This document shows, one piece after another, positions 29,221 through 41,905 of a stretch of DNA of 64,000 bases (its first letter is position 1; each line of letters starts with the position of its first letter). The notes below the pieces were generated by a model. It was given only the letters and a program-made list of their open reading frames with translations, was not told the origin of the DNA and did not search any database. This DNA comes from the human T2T-CHM13v2.0 reference genome, Homo sapiens, in the NCBI RefSeq assembly GCF_009914755.1, contig NC_060932.1. One strand, written 5' to 3'. Both the position numbers and the translations under genes were made by a program.

Positions 29221-29586
29221 GAATACACCAAATTTTGTTTATCCATTTATCAGTTGATGGACATATGGGTTGTTTCAACCTTTTTTTAATTATTAATAAT
29301 GCTGCTATCAATATTTGTATACGAGGCTTTGTAAAAAACATATGTTTTCAATTTTCTTGGGTAAATTCCTAGAAATGGAATTGCTGACTCATATGGTAAC
29401 TCTAGATGTAACATTTTGGAAAGTCGAAAAACTGTTTGCAGGGAGGCTACAACATTTAACATTCTCACCAGGAGTATTTAAAGCTTTCCATTTTTCCTTA
29501 TACTCATCAACATATGATAGTTTCTCTCTTTATAATTTTATCTATCCTAGTAGATGCAAAGTGGTATCTCCTTGTGATTTTGATTT
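29221..29586 (-). repeat. Local duplicate of L1MB segment 31226-31810 (pre-Alu state)
   Basis: Shares long identical runs with donor, e.g. catatgttttcaattttcttgggtaaattcctagaaatggaattgctgactcatatggtaactctagatgtaacattttg. Confidence 0.93.
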
Positions 29587-29638
29587 TGCCGTTACTTTTA
29601 AAGGCAAAAACCGCATGTAATTTTCCACCAACCTAATA
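29584..29638. mobile_element. MADE1 (Hsmar1-derived MITE), right part plus TA
   Basis: ttttgccgttacttttaaaggcaaaaaccgcatgtaattttccaccaacctaa-ta matches MADE1 centre and right TIR. Confidence 0.88.
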
Positions 29639-31432
29639 ACATTGAGTGTCTGTTGCACCCCTTGACATTGGATGGTGAGGTGAGCCCTTTGAGGAGTAGC
29701 TGAGATGAAAATGATAGAGGAACTAAGGGAAGAACATTCTTTACAAAGAGAACAGGTTCTCCCCGTTTAAAAGCCCTAACAAGTCTAGCTTTGAAGGTCT
29801 GGGTAAGACATTCAGATTATGTTTTAAATATGATAAGATGTATGTCCCTTAAAGTTCATCTTGTCAACAGAGTGGAGAATGGGTTGTTGTAGCTCAAGGA
29901 GAAAAGTGGGGTCTGTAGTATCTTCTCGTTAGTGTAACTCTAATGGTTAAGATAATGCGTGGCCCAAAGCTCAGTAAATGTTAAATGAAATAAATGAATG
30001 AATTATTCCCGGAAAGTTTATTCTCCACCATTGCAGTTCATTTATGCTTATAAAATTGAAATATTTTACTTCCTTCCTCAGTGTTTTTGACAAAGAAATA
30101 AATCAGAATATATCCAGAATCATAGACTGGTTTGGAGAAAATTTCTCTCACCTTTCTCATTCAGAATACTAGTCTTCTTCAAAATCTAAGAGCATCATTT
30201 TTTCCCTGCAATAAAATTTCTCTCATTCATTTTTAAAGTGTTTTCCAATATAACACTGCAAAATTAACTGTCACTGTAAGCACAATTTGGCTAAATCTAA
30301 CAAGACTTGCAGTATTGTTTTTCTCCTATATTTCTATGATAAAATGCTCTGAATACAGATTAACATTATTTCCTCAGTATTTGTTATTGTTTTACCTACT
30401 TCAAAACACAAACTGAAAGTTCTTTGATGAATGGACATAAAACTCGTTGGGTTTTACTTTATTGTCAGCAACTTCTGTTTTCTCATGCAAAATGTGATTT
30501 TGTAATTTTCTGCAGAAATACAGCCCAGCAGAACTCAGCTAATGCCTAGATGTCTAAGTTTCTTACTGAATGACTCTGTCTGACTCCCTGCCTTATGTTA
30601 CTATTATAACTGCCACCACATAACAGAGTCAGTTTTAGGTGTTGCTTGCTTTTAGCCCTGGGCACCGTGAAGATTTAGAGTGAGTAGATCCTGTTAGGTT
30701 TGGAAATCAGATATCAATCCAGAATCTGGTCCTTTTGGAGGTCTCCAAAGATGTAAGAAGCTCCAACTCATAGAGGCTGGAGAGGAACTCAAGAGCTAAA
30801 AGGTGAACAAGAGTACAAAGTCATGCAACCTGAAATGAGGTTTGTTTACTTTTTAAATAAACAATTACATTTTTATTGAGATATAATTGACATACAATTT
30901 ACTCCTTAAAAGTGTATATATAATTCAGCAATTTTTAGTAAATTTGCAGAGTTGTGCAAACATCATCATTATGTAATTTTAGAAAATTTGTACCACCTCA
31001 TAAAGACATACACTTATACTCAGTCCTCATTGCCCCTTCATTGCTAATCTACTTTCTCTCTCTGTATTTGCTTATTCTGGAATTTTTATATGAACGGGGT
31101 CATACAATATGTGGCCTCTTGTGGTTGGCTTCACTCTCTAAGCATAATGTTTTCAAGGTTCGTTCATTTTGTAGTATATATCGGTACTTCATTTCATTTT
31201 ATTGCTAAATAATATTCTATTGTGTGGATATACTAAATTTTGTTTATCAGTTGATGGACATATGGGTTTTTTTAATCTTTTTATTATTATGAATAATTCT
31301 GCTATCAATATTTGTATACAAGGCTTTGTGAAGTCATATGTTTTCAATTTTCTTGGGTAAATTCCTAGAAATGGAATTGCTGACTCATATGGTAACTCTA
31401 GATGTAACATTTTGAAAAGTTGACAAAGTATT

Positions 31433-31657
31433 GTCTCTATAAAAACACGAAAAATTAGCCAGGCATTGTGGCGGGCGCCTATAGTCCCAGCTACTCTGGG
31501 GGCTGGGGCAGGAGAATGGCGTGAACCCGAGAGGCGGAGCTTGCAGTAAGCCCAGATTGCGCCACTGCACTCCAGCCTGGGCGACAGAGCGAGACTCCGT
31601 TTCCAAAATAAAAAATAATAAACATAAAAAATAAAATAAAATAAAAAGAAATAAAAT
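31433..31657 (+). mobile_element. 5'-truncated AluY (right arm)
   Basis: gagaatggcgtgaacccgagaggcggagcttgcagt; 16-bp TSD gaaaagttgacaaagt (31414-31429)/gaaaagctgacaaagt (31658-31673). Confidence 0.95.
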
Positions 31658-34112
31658 GAAAAGCTGACAAAGTGTTTACAGGGAGGCTGCAACGTTTAGC
31701 AGTGTTTAAGGGTTCCAATTTTTCCATACCCTCATCAAGACATGATAGTTTCTCTGTAATTTTATCTATCCTAGTAGATGCAAAGTGGTACCTCATTGTG
31801 ATTTTGATTTCCATGATGTTGAATACCTTTGCATATATTTATTAACAATTTTTATATCTTCTTTGAAGAATTATCTATTCAAGTTATTTGGCCATCGAAA
31901 ATTAAATTTTCTATATGTTTGTTGAGTTATAAGTGTTCTTTTTATATACTGGATACAAGTGCTTTATCAGATGTATGATTTGAAAATATCTTCCCCCATT
32001 CTGTGGCTGATTTTCACTTCCTTGATGATTTTCTTAGAAGTATATATTTTTTCTAATTTTCGTGAAAATCCTATTTTTTTCTTAATTGCTCTTGCTTTTT
32101 GTATCACATCCAGGAAACATTGCTCAACCCAAAATCATGGATATTTATTCTTATTTCCTTCTATGAGTTTTATAGTTTTTGCTCTTACATTCATGTCAAT
32201 AATAAATAATATGTGACATGTCAATGATCCATTTTGGTCCATATAACAATTTCTGTTATATGTAGCATGGAGTCCAGAATAATTATTTTGCCCATAGGTA
32301 TCCTACTGTACCAGTAGGATTTGCCGAAAAGATGATTATTCTCCCATTGGCACACTTCCTGAAAATCAACTGACCACCAATGTAAGAATATATTTCTTGA
32401 CCCTCAATTCCATTCTTTCTATAAGTCTTTATGACAATACCACACTGTCTCAATAAGAGTATTTTATAACTTTTTGACATCAAGAATTATAAGAGCTTCA
32501 AATTTTTTTTAAGAATATTTTGGCCATGCTAGGACTTTTTAATTTCCATATGGATTTAGGACCAGACTGTGAGTTGTTTTTGTTTGTTTGTTTTTTCCAA
32601 AAAATCCGTCTAGTAGTTGATAAGGGTTATTTTAGATCTGTAGTTCAATTGAGGGAGAGTTGCCATCTCAACCATGTTATATCTTCATATCTATGAACAT
32701 AAAAATATAAAATGTCTTTTCATCAATTTATGCCTTCTTTAATTTCCTTCAATAGTGTTTTGTAGTTTCTGGTGTATAAGTTTTATGCTTCTTTTGTTAA
32801 ATGTATTCCCAAGTTTCTTTTTTATTTTTCCAGATATTATTAGAAATTAATATATTTTTATTATTTCCATTTTTGGATGATTCATTGACAAAGTATACAA
32901 AAACAATTGATTTATTTATATTGATCTTATATCCTAAAACCTTGCTGAAGTCATTTATTGTTTCTGATTGTAGATTCCTATTTTTTATTCAATTTAATGT
33001 CATCTGTAAATAGAGATAGATTTATTTTTAGCTTTTAAATCTGAATGCTTTATATTTTATTTTTATTCCTAATTACTCTAGGTAATATGTCTAAAACCAT
33101 GTTAAATAGATGTTGTAAGAACAAATACTCTTGCCTTGTTCCTAATTTGATGAAAAAAATTTTCGATCTTTCACTATTAAGTATGAAGGTAGCTATGGTC
33201 TTGGGAAATTCCCTTCTATTCCAATTTGTTGAGTATTTTATTTTTAAAAGATGTTTAATTTGTGAAACAATTTTAATTCTTTATCTATTGAGTTGATCAT
33301 GTGGTTTTTTTTTTCTTTAGAATACTATTATGGGATATTACATTGAGTTTCATATGTCAAACAAACCCTGAATTTCTGATATAAATTCCACCTGGATGTT
33401 GTATATAATTCTTTTTACATATGGTAGATTCAGCTAGGTAGTATTCTGTTGGGAATTTTTGCCTCTTTATTCATAGAGGATGTTGTCTGAAGTTTCCTTA
33501 TAATTTATTGGTATGGCTTTGTTATCAGAGCAATACTAAATTCACGCAATTGGTTATAAAGTGTTTTGTCCTCTCCAATTTTTTAAAAAACAATGTATAA
33601 AGATTGGTGTAAATTCTATAAAGACTTAGTAGAATTCATAATTGAAACAATTTTGGGACTGGGACTGTTTTGTGATAAGCCTTAATAATAACAATTCAAT
33701 TGTTTTACTGGTTACAGAACCAGTCACATTTTCTATTTCTTCCTGACTCAATTTCAGTAACTTAGGTCTCTCGAGGGAATGTCTATGTCATCTAAATTAT
33801 ACAATTTGGTGACACACAACTGCTTACACTATTTCTTTATAATATTTTAATTATTATTATTTCCTAAGATCAGTAGTAAGGTCCACTGTTTCATTCTACA
33901 CTTTAATCTGATACCTCCCTCTTCTTTAATGTAAAGTTTTTTCAGTTTTGTTGCTGGTTCTTTCCAAAAATCCAACTTTTGGTTTGTTGAATTTCTCTAT
34001 TATTTTTCTATTTTTTTAAATTTATTTTCATTCTAATCTTCATTATCCCTTTATGAGCTTAGTTAGGTCTTCTGTTCTAGTTTCTCAACGTATAAACTTA
34101 AGTGATTGATTT

Positions 34113-34289
34113 GCGATATTTCTTCTTCGTTAATATAGGTGTTTACAGGCATTAACCATTTCCTTAGATGCATGCCCCACACTTTGTTATGCTGTGTTTT
34201 TATTTTCATTCATTTTAAAGTATTTTAAAATTTATTTTAATAATTGTTTGACCTATTGCTTATTATCACATATTATTATCAACATTAAT
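34113..34289 (+). repeat. Left copy of ~180-bp direct repeat flanking LTR12
   Basis: tatttcttcttcgttaatataggtgtttacaggcattaaccatttccttagatgcatgcc... repeated at 35244-35430. Confidence 0.93.
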
Positions 34290-35244
34290 TGTGCCCAGAA
34301 TTGGTGGGTTCCTGGTCTCCCTGACTTCAAGCATGAAGCCGCAGACCCTCACGGTCAGTGTTACAGTTCTTAAAGACGGTGTGTCCTGAGTTTCTTCCTT
34401 CTGGTGGGTTTGTGGTCTCCCTGACTTCAGGAGTGAAGCTGCAGACCTTCGCGGTGAGTGTCACAGCTCTTAAAAGCAGTGCGTCTGGAGTTGCTTGCTT
34501 CTTCCAGTGGATTTGTGGTCTCACTGGCTTGAAGAGTGAAGCCAAAAACCTCTGTGGTGAGTGTTACAGCTCGTAAAAGCAACGCAGACCCAAAAAGTGA
34601 GCAGCAACAAGAATCACTGCAAAGACCCAAAGCACACAGCGTTGAAGGGGATCCAAGCAGGTTGCCTGCTGACTTGGGTGGCCTGCTTTTATTCCCTTAT
34701 CTGGCCCCACCCACATCCTACTGATTGGTTTATTTTACAGAGAGCTAATTGGCGCATTTTACAGAGAGCTGATTGGTCCGTTTTACAGAGAGCTGATTGG
34801 TCCATTTTGACAGAGTGTTGATTGGTGTGTTTACAAACCTTTAGCTAGACACAGAGGGCTGATTGGTGTGTTTACAATCCTTTAGCTAGACAGAAAAGTT
34901 CTCCAAGTTCCCCCACACGTCCCAGAAGGCCACCCAGCTTCACCACTCATTGGGACTCCCAGTGGGAACTCTGGCAGCCCAGAGGGAGCTCATCCCCTGA
35001 TCAAGCCCAGCAGGCGCCCACCCGGAACCTGGGCTGGCCGGCGAGTGCCGCATGCAGCCCTGGCTCCTGCCAGCGCCTCTCCCTGCACACTTCCCCGCCA
35101 GCAGAGAGAGCCGGCTCCAGCCTTGGCCAGCCCCCAGAGAGGGGCCACCACAGCAGAGCGGAGAGCTGAAGGGCTCCTCCAGCACCGCCAGAGTGGACGT
35201 CGAGGCAGAGGAGGAGCCCAGAGCGAGTGAGGGCTGCAAGCACG
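34290..35244 (-). mobile_element. LTR12-family (HERV9) solo LTR, 5' terminus truncated by roughly 13 nt
   Basis: tgtgcccagaattggtgggttcctggtctc; repeated gctgattgg (CCAAT boxes); GC-rich U3; stops at gggctgcaagcacg, lacking the expected ctgtcacctctca. Confidence 0.93.
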
Positions 35245-35430
35245 AGGTATTTCTTCTTCATTAATATAGGTGTTTACAGGCATTAAGCATTTCCTTAGAT
35301 GCATGCCACATGCTTTGTTATGCTGTCTTTATTTTCATTCACTTTAAAGTATTTTAAAATTTATTTTAATGATTATTGTTTGACTTATTGCTTATCACAT
35401 CACATAATTAATATTGTTATCAATATTAAT
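35244..35430 (+). repeat. Right copy of ~180-bp direct repeat flanking LTR12
   Basis: tatttcttcttcattaatataggtgtttacaggcattaagcatttccttagatgcatgcc... Confidence 0.93.
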
Positions 35431-35680
35431 ATTAATAATTAATATAATATAGATATTATATTAATTATTTTAATTGTTATTAAAGTAAAATTGCTTATAA
35501 TTTGTAATTTTAATTAATTAAGTAATGTGTTATTACAAATATATTAAATATTTGATATTACTTATACAATATTGAAATATAGATAATTTTATTATGTTAT
35601 GGTGTAAAATATATTAATATTTTTTAAAACAAAGCTGTTATACATTATAAATATGTTAAAAATGCATTTAAAAATATGTC
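35430..35680. repeat. AT-rich low-complexity tract
   Basis: attaataattaatataatatagatattata... Confidence 0.8.
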
Positions 35681-36152
35681 TTCACATTGTTTAATTTCTC
35701 AAATACTTTTTGTATTGATTTTAAATTTTATTTTGTTCAATTCAGAGAATGTAGTTTTACTTTAATTAAGTATACAGAGTCTTGTTTTACGGCATAGTAT
35801 ATAATCTATTCTGAAGAAGTTTTCCTGTGCCCTTGGGAAGAATGCATATTTTGAAGATAGTGGGTGGAGAAACAAATATAGATGTGTTAACACCAGTTGC
35901 TTTGTTGTTGTTTAAGTCTTCTATTTCCTTGTTGACCCTTGTCTATTTTTTTAATTCATTATTGAAAAGTAAGATATTCAAATATCCAACTTTCATTGTT
36001 GGTTTGTGTATTTCTCCACTCAATTCTCTTAGTTTTTTTCCATGTATATTGGAGTTCAGTTATTAGGTGCACGAAGTGAGGCTTTGTAGAATATGATGAT
36101 TTTCTTAGGGCACTGCAAAAAGTTCTTCCAGTAAAAATACTACCTTAAGACT

Positions 36153-36759
36153 TGTCAACCTAAAATAATCAAAAGGGTCTGAATCAAGTTTAAAGAAAAT
36201 GTATTCAAGTGCAAAGTATAAGGGTGGCCAACCCAGAAAAATCAACTCCAAAGGAATATAGTAAGTGTTTTGAAGTAAGACAGTGAAGGATTTATTTATA
36301 TAGTCAGGGACAGAGAACTGTTCAGCAGTTTTAGAATTTTTAGAAATTTTTAGGAAAATGTCATTTAGAAAATGACATTTTTTTCATGCAAAATTGGTGC
36401 ATAATTACAAAAATTTGATTATAAGCAGTTTTCCTTTTTGGGAAGGATATGTTTACTATTTTTTGTAGGTGTTATAATAGTCATGGCTTTTCTGTCATCT
36501 GGTCTAAGCAGAGCAGGAAAACACAAGGGAAGTTAATTTTTAACAAGGTTCATTACTTAAGAAGGCAAGAGGTTTTTGTCCCTGACGTTTAATTCTCTGC
36601 AGTCACTGTACAGAAAAAGAAAAACAAGAAAGTGAGTTCGTCTATCATCTGAGAAACGGAAATCGCAACCATATGTGACTCAGATCGCTGTTGTCTCTCT
36701 CTCAAGGCTTAAAGTAGTTTTAGTGTTCTAACAGCTTTTAAGTTTTATTTACTTTCAAA
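36153..36759 (-). mobile_element. ERV1 solo LTR, MER65-like
   Basis: tgtcaacctaaaataatcaaaagggtctgaatcaagtttaaag...; candidate 4-bp TSD gact/aact; subfamily uncertain. Confidence 0.7.
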
Positions 36760-38469
36760 AACTAGAAAATCTACAACATTTTACAGATGCATACTTCTCT
36801 AATCCCACTTTATACCCCTCATCTTTATGGACCGCAGTCCTTACCGGACCCTAAATTCAGCTGGATTGAGTGATTTTTCATCTGCTGAACACATCATCAT
36901 TCACTCTACTGCCATTGAGTTCCCAGCTATTTTCTTCTCTGGAATTTCTTTTTCTCTACATAGCTATACTTTTTCGAATCCACCCTGCAGTCGTCTGTGT
37001 GAATCTTTTGTCTTTTGATTTCCCAAATCTCAAAATATCTGCTATTTCCAGGGATAAGTAGCTATTTGAGAAATATTTGTGACCAAAAAATGCACTTGTG
37101 AGAAATGAGTATTTGGATAAAGAAGTCTTTTTTCTGGGTGTTTATAGAGATCTCAATTCATACATTGTTTAGTTTAACTCATCTAAAATTTTCTCAAGAA
37201 ATGTAACTTCTGTTTGTTGACATGTAATATTGAAACAGTGCTGTTAATGAGAAGAGCACTGGCTATAAAATCAACATTCACAGCTCAGAATAAAAGTCCT
37301 GTCACTATCCATATTTCAGAAAACTTACTAGTTTCTTAATTGAAGAGGTTTCACTTTTCCATCTAAAATGGGGATTATGACTACATATCAATGTTTTATT
37401 GTTGGTATTGTTATTATTGATATATTTGTGGTTATGTTTTGTTATCTGTTTACTTTTTAGGATTAAATGACATATGTAATACAATATCTAGCCCTAAGCA
37501 GGTGGTAGATTCAGAATAGTTAGAAACATGAGTCTAAATTTGTGTAAAGTTCACTTTGAAAAATAAAATTGCCCCATATAAGTAAATAATGGTCTTCCTT
37601 CTTAGGAAAAAAAAAAACCCTGGAGGACAAATTTTTATGTGTACTGTGATACTCTGACTTCAGAAAACCTGATAGTTGGATCTAATGGATCTAAGTCTTG
37701 GAGGAAAGAAAAAAATTTCCATCAATTGACAGGGAGACATTGCTTGTTTCCTGAAAATACATCAGAAACATATTGGGAAGTTTTAAATGCCTCAAGAAAG
37801 CAAAAGTATTTTAAAAATCCTATTAGATAGGAGTCTAGAGAAGCTGGGCAATGCACAAGCATTTATCATGACTCAGCTATATGTGAAGACTGCATTACAA
37901 ATGAGAGATAAAACATGTTACACACAAGCCCACATTTTATTTCATTATCTTGGGCTGATAATGCCCTCTTCCCATCATATGGTGAAAGGCTACACCACTT
38001 TTTTTTTTTATCAATTTCAACTGCTTCTTCCATGAAACCTTTCATAATTAAAGATGTGAAGCTTCATCCATGTAAAAGAATGGCTACTGTATTAGGTCTC
38101 CTTAAATCAACATTTGAATTTTGTTTTATAGTTATTGTGTTAATCTGTGGAAGAGGAATCTGAAAAACAGGCTGCTTTCTGAATTTCTGTCAGCATTTGG
38201 GTAGTTTATGTAAATTATTTTAGGCCTCAGTTTCTAACTTCAACAAAAATGGAGATGATTATTTTTTCACAAATTTCTACCACCAGAATAATTTGGTAAA
38301 GAGAAGAACAATATACTCTGAATGTCACTAAAATCATATGCCCCATCAGTGAGAAATTCTCTGGATGAATAAGTGATCTACTATGCTGTGTTTACATAAT
38401 TCCATTTCAAGAACAAACTTATTACATTTTTGAGTTACCTGTTCAGAACACATTTGGTAAATTATATAG

Positions 38470-38633
38470 CATAAAAGTTAAATTATGGTCACTGACATCA
38501 GATATCTTGCTTTTAATTCCTACTCTGTAGCTGTGTGAACTTTGGCATGTCCTTTTCATTCTGCACCTCAGTTTACTCAGCCATATGTTCAGTGTTTCAA
38601 CAGCTCCTACCTCATCAGTTTGGTGTTAAGATT
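38470..38633 (+). mobile_element. MIR, split by THE1 LTR (continues 39426-39490)
   Basis: tagctgtgtgaactttggcatg...tctgcacctcagtttactc; resumes ttaaatgagaaaa. Confidence 0.7.
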
Positions 38634-38784
38634 TGATATGGTTTGGCTGTTTCCTCAGCAAGATCTCATTTTGAATCATAGTTCCCATAATCCCCATGTG
38701 TCTTCGGAGGGGCCCAGTGGGAGGTAATTAAATCATGGGGGCTGTTACCCCCATGCTGCTGTTGTTATAAGTCTACTAAAAAAC

Positions 38785-39165
<381 letters not shown>

Positions 39166-41705
39166 CTTCCTGATGTTGTTGTGATAGTGAGTGAGTGCTC
39201 ATGAGATCTGATGGTTTTATAAGGGATTTTTTCCTCTTGGTTCTGCACTTCTCCTTCCTGCTGCCACATGAAGAAGGACATGCTTGCTTCCCATTCCACC
39301 ATGATTGTAAGTTTCCTGAGGCCTCCCCAGCCATGCTGAACTGTAAGTCAATTAATCTTCTTTCCTTTACACATTAGCCAGTCTTAAGTATGTCTTTATT
39401 AGCAGTGTGAGAATGCACTAATACAATATTAAATGAGAAAAAGAAGCAAAGAGAACATAATAGTGCCAGGCCAAATGAAAATATTTATTATCATTATTGT
39501 CATCAGTATTTTAACCATTGTTTTAAAAACTATATTAAAAAATACAAATTATGCTTTTTTATATTTATGATCCCTGAAAATCTGAGAACCCAAACTAGGT
39601 ACCGTTAAACCAACTTGATTCTAAAATTTCAAGTAGCTCTCAGATTCTGTGACTATACGTGACTTAAAGTGAAAAAAAATTACTTATGTCTTCTTCACAT
39701 CCATACAATCCCTCATATTTTGATTAGGCATAGCTGTCTATATGACAACCATGGTTCAGTAAGAAGATAATCCAAAAATGATAGTCCCAGGATAAGCCAA
39801 ATAAATACATAAACTCTAGTGATTTTATTTGTTTCTTTTCATCATCTCAGAGCCTAGCTGTGTCCAGCATGTAGTTGGCATCTATAAATATTGATTGATT
39901 GAATGAAGTAGCATGGGCCTTCGGAGATCTAGGAAGAATGACATAAGTTGCTTAAGGTTTCTCCAAATGAACTAGTATTTACATGACTCCGGCACTTGTT
40001 CTATTGCCTACAACAGGAAGATTGAGATGGGCCACTATGAGCCATGGAAAAAGAGGACTGAGAATAAACCACAGAGATTGCAATGGAAGCAGAGACATCT
40101 TAATACTTTCAACACCAGAGGAAGACCAGTGTGTCTTGTAAGAACATCATTAGATTTCAAATTTGCCTGGTTTGGGAAATCTCACTCTGAATTCAGAAAC
40201 TTAATCTACTCAGATTTGTTATGAGAATTAAATTTGACAATATATATAAAGCCTTTATTGAAAACAGAGATGGCAAGCCCTTCGGGGGCCTGGATAAGAG
40301 TTACATGCTTTTAAACTTTTTGTTTTTGTGCTTGTTTTCCATCTATTTATTTTCAGAGCTTAAGCAAGCTCAAAACTTGATAAATGAATGAATCAGTGCA
40401 TAAATAAATAGATAGAGGTTGGATTGATAAGTACATGAATAAAAAAGTGTTTGAAATAATGAGGGCTATTCAAAGATTTTTAAAAAATCATGTCACAGTG
40501 CAGAGAGAAGGTTTGATTAGAATAAGATTCCAGAAGCCTTTTGACTTTGCAAAGGCTGAAGAATGAACATGTGTCCTTCTCTCTGTGAATTTTTCCTGGC
40601 TTTATTCATTCTGATGCAGGCCTTGTGTCAACTTGGCCAGAGTTCAGGTTACACTTGTCTCCTTTTGCACCCAGCGGGAAACTGCCCTCTCATGATTTCC
40701 CTGCTATCAGAAAGCTCCTGCTGTAGCTTACAGATCTAGTGTAATCCAGATCAACATACTCAGGCATGTGGAATGGTTCCAGTGATCGCACAGCCTAGAC
40801 AAGAATAACAAGTAACCCCTGTGCAGGTGAAAAGCACAATTTCTTTGGAAGCCATAGTGACCTGGCTGTTATCAGATCTTCTCTGCTTGCTGATCTTCTA
40901 CCTATAATTGAATGTTGATCTCTTCCCATGAAGCCTTTTGAGGATTTCTTAAAAGTAATGTGTTAACCTTTTATGTGTGTGTGAATGTCATACTTTCAAT
41001 ACATATTTACTAGAATATGTTGTTTCCTGGGCCCATGTTAACATCTAAATTTAAAGAGTTAAAATTGTAATTCTCCCTGTTCTCTTGGAAATAATAAAAA
41101 ACATCATACTTAATAATAGAAATAGAAATATAACAATCATTAGTACAGCAGAAGCATAAGCAAAAACTTTACTATTATGACAATGTTTATTTCTTATTAT
41201 TTATTATTATGACAATGTTTATTTCTTATACTAAAACTAATTGCTATTTGCATATTACATTTTTCAGTTGTATAAAACACTTTCATTTGTTTGCATGTAG
41301 GATTCTTACAACAATATAAAAGTTCCTGTAGTCTCTCTATTTTTTTTCATATAAGGAGGTAGTATCAAAGAGGCTCTATGAATTACTCAAAATGACTACT
41401 AGCGAATGACAACTAGGTTCAAAACAAGGACTCTTAGTGCAGCGCTGGCTTCAGGGTTCCTTACTTCTCCATAATTTTCACCATTTCGGAGGCTGGGACT
41501 GCTCTGCCAAATCATTGCTGCCTTCACTCCAACACCTGACATTGTGTCTCTCAACTATGCAATATATAGAATACTTTGGGCTTTTGGAGTCTATGAGGCC
41601 TATTTGGAATCCTGGTAGGTACAATGTGCTTTCCAGGCAGGCAGACTTGTTCTTAAATGACTTGAGGCTCTGGTCCCTTATCTGTAAGATACAGGTAAGA
41701 AAGTA

Positions 41706-41905
41706 AACACACACACACATATATACACATACATATATATGTACATACCTATTGTAGATATATACATACATACATACATAAATTAAGTATCTTTTATATG
41801 TATATATCTATGGTAGATATGTATATATGTATAATGTATATATACACATACATATACATTATGTATCATAGATATGTATATGTATATACATATGTATACA
41901 TATTA
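41706..41905. repeat. (CA)/(TA)/(TATG) microsatellite inside a MIR
   Basis: acacacacacatatatacacatacatatatatg...; MIR flanks cttatctgtaagatacagg / tttgaagatcaaatggc. Confidence 0.85.

Larger units (their letters stand above)
29010..29910 (-). mobile_element. L2 fragment interrupted by the MADE1/captured-DNA composite
   Basis: attcatcaaacatttactgagtacc...; resumes gaggagtagctgagatgaaaatgatagagg...gggaagaacattc. Confidence 0.65.
30870..36075 (-). mobile_element. Long degenerate L1MB-type LINE-1 interrupted by AluY and LTR12
   Basis: 3' end ttttattgagatataattgacatac...; continuous antisense L1 ORF2-like sequence (tcactattaagtatga, ttattgaaaagtaagatattcaaatatccaact). Confidence 0.88.

Noticed and set aside
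34327-35304. Cluster of overlapping ORFs in GC-rich tract suggesting a CpG-island gene
   Set aside because: Entirely LTR12; open frames reflect GC content
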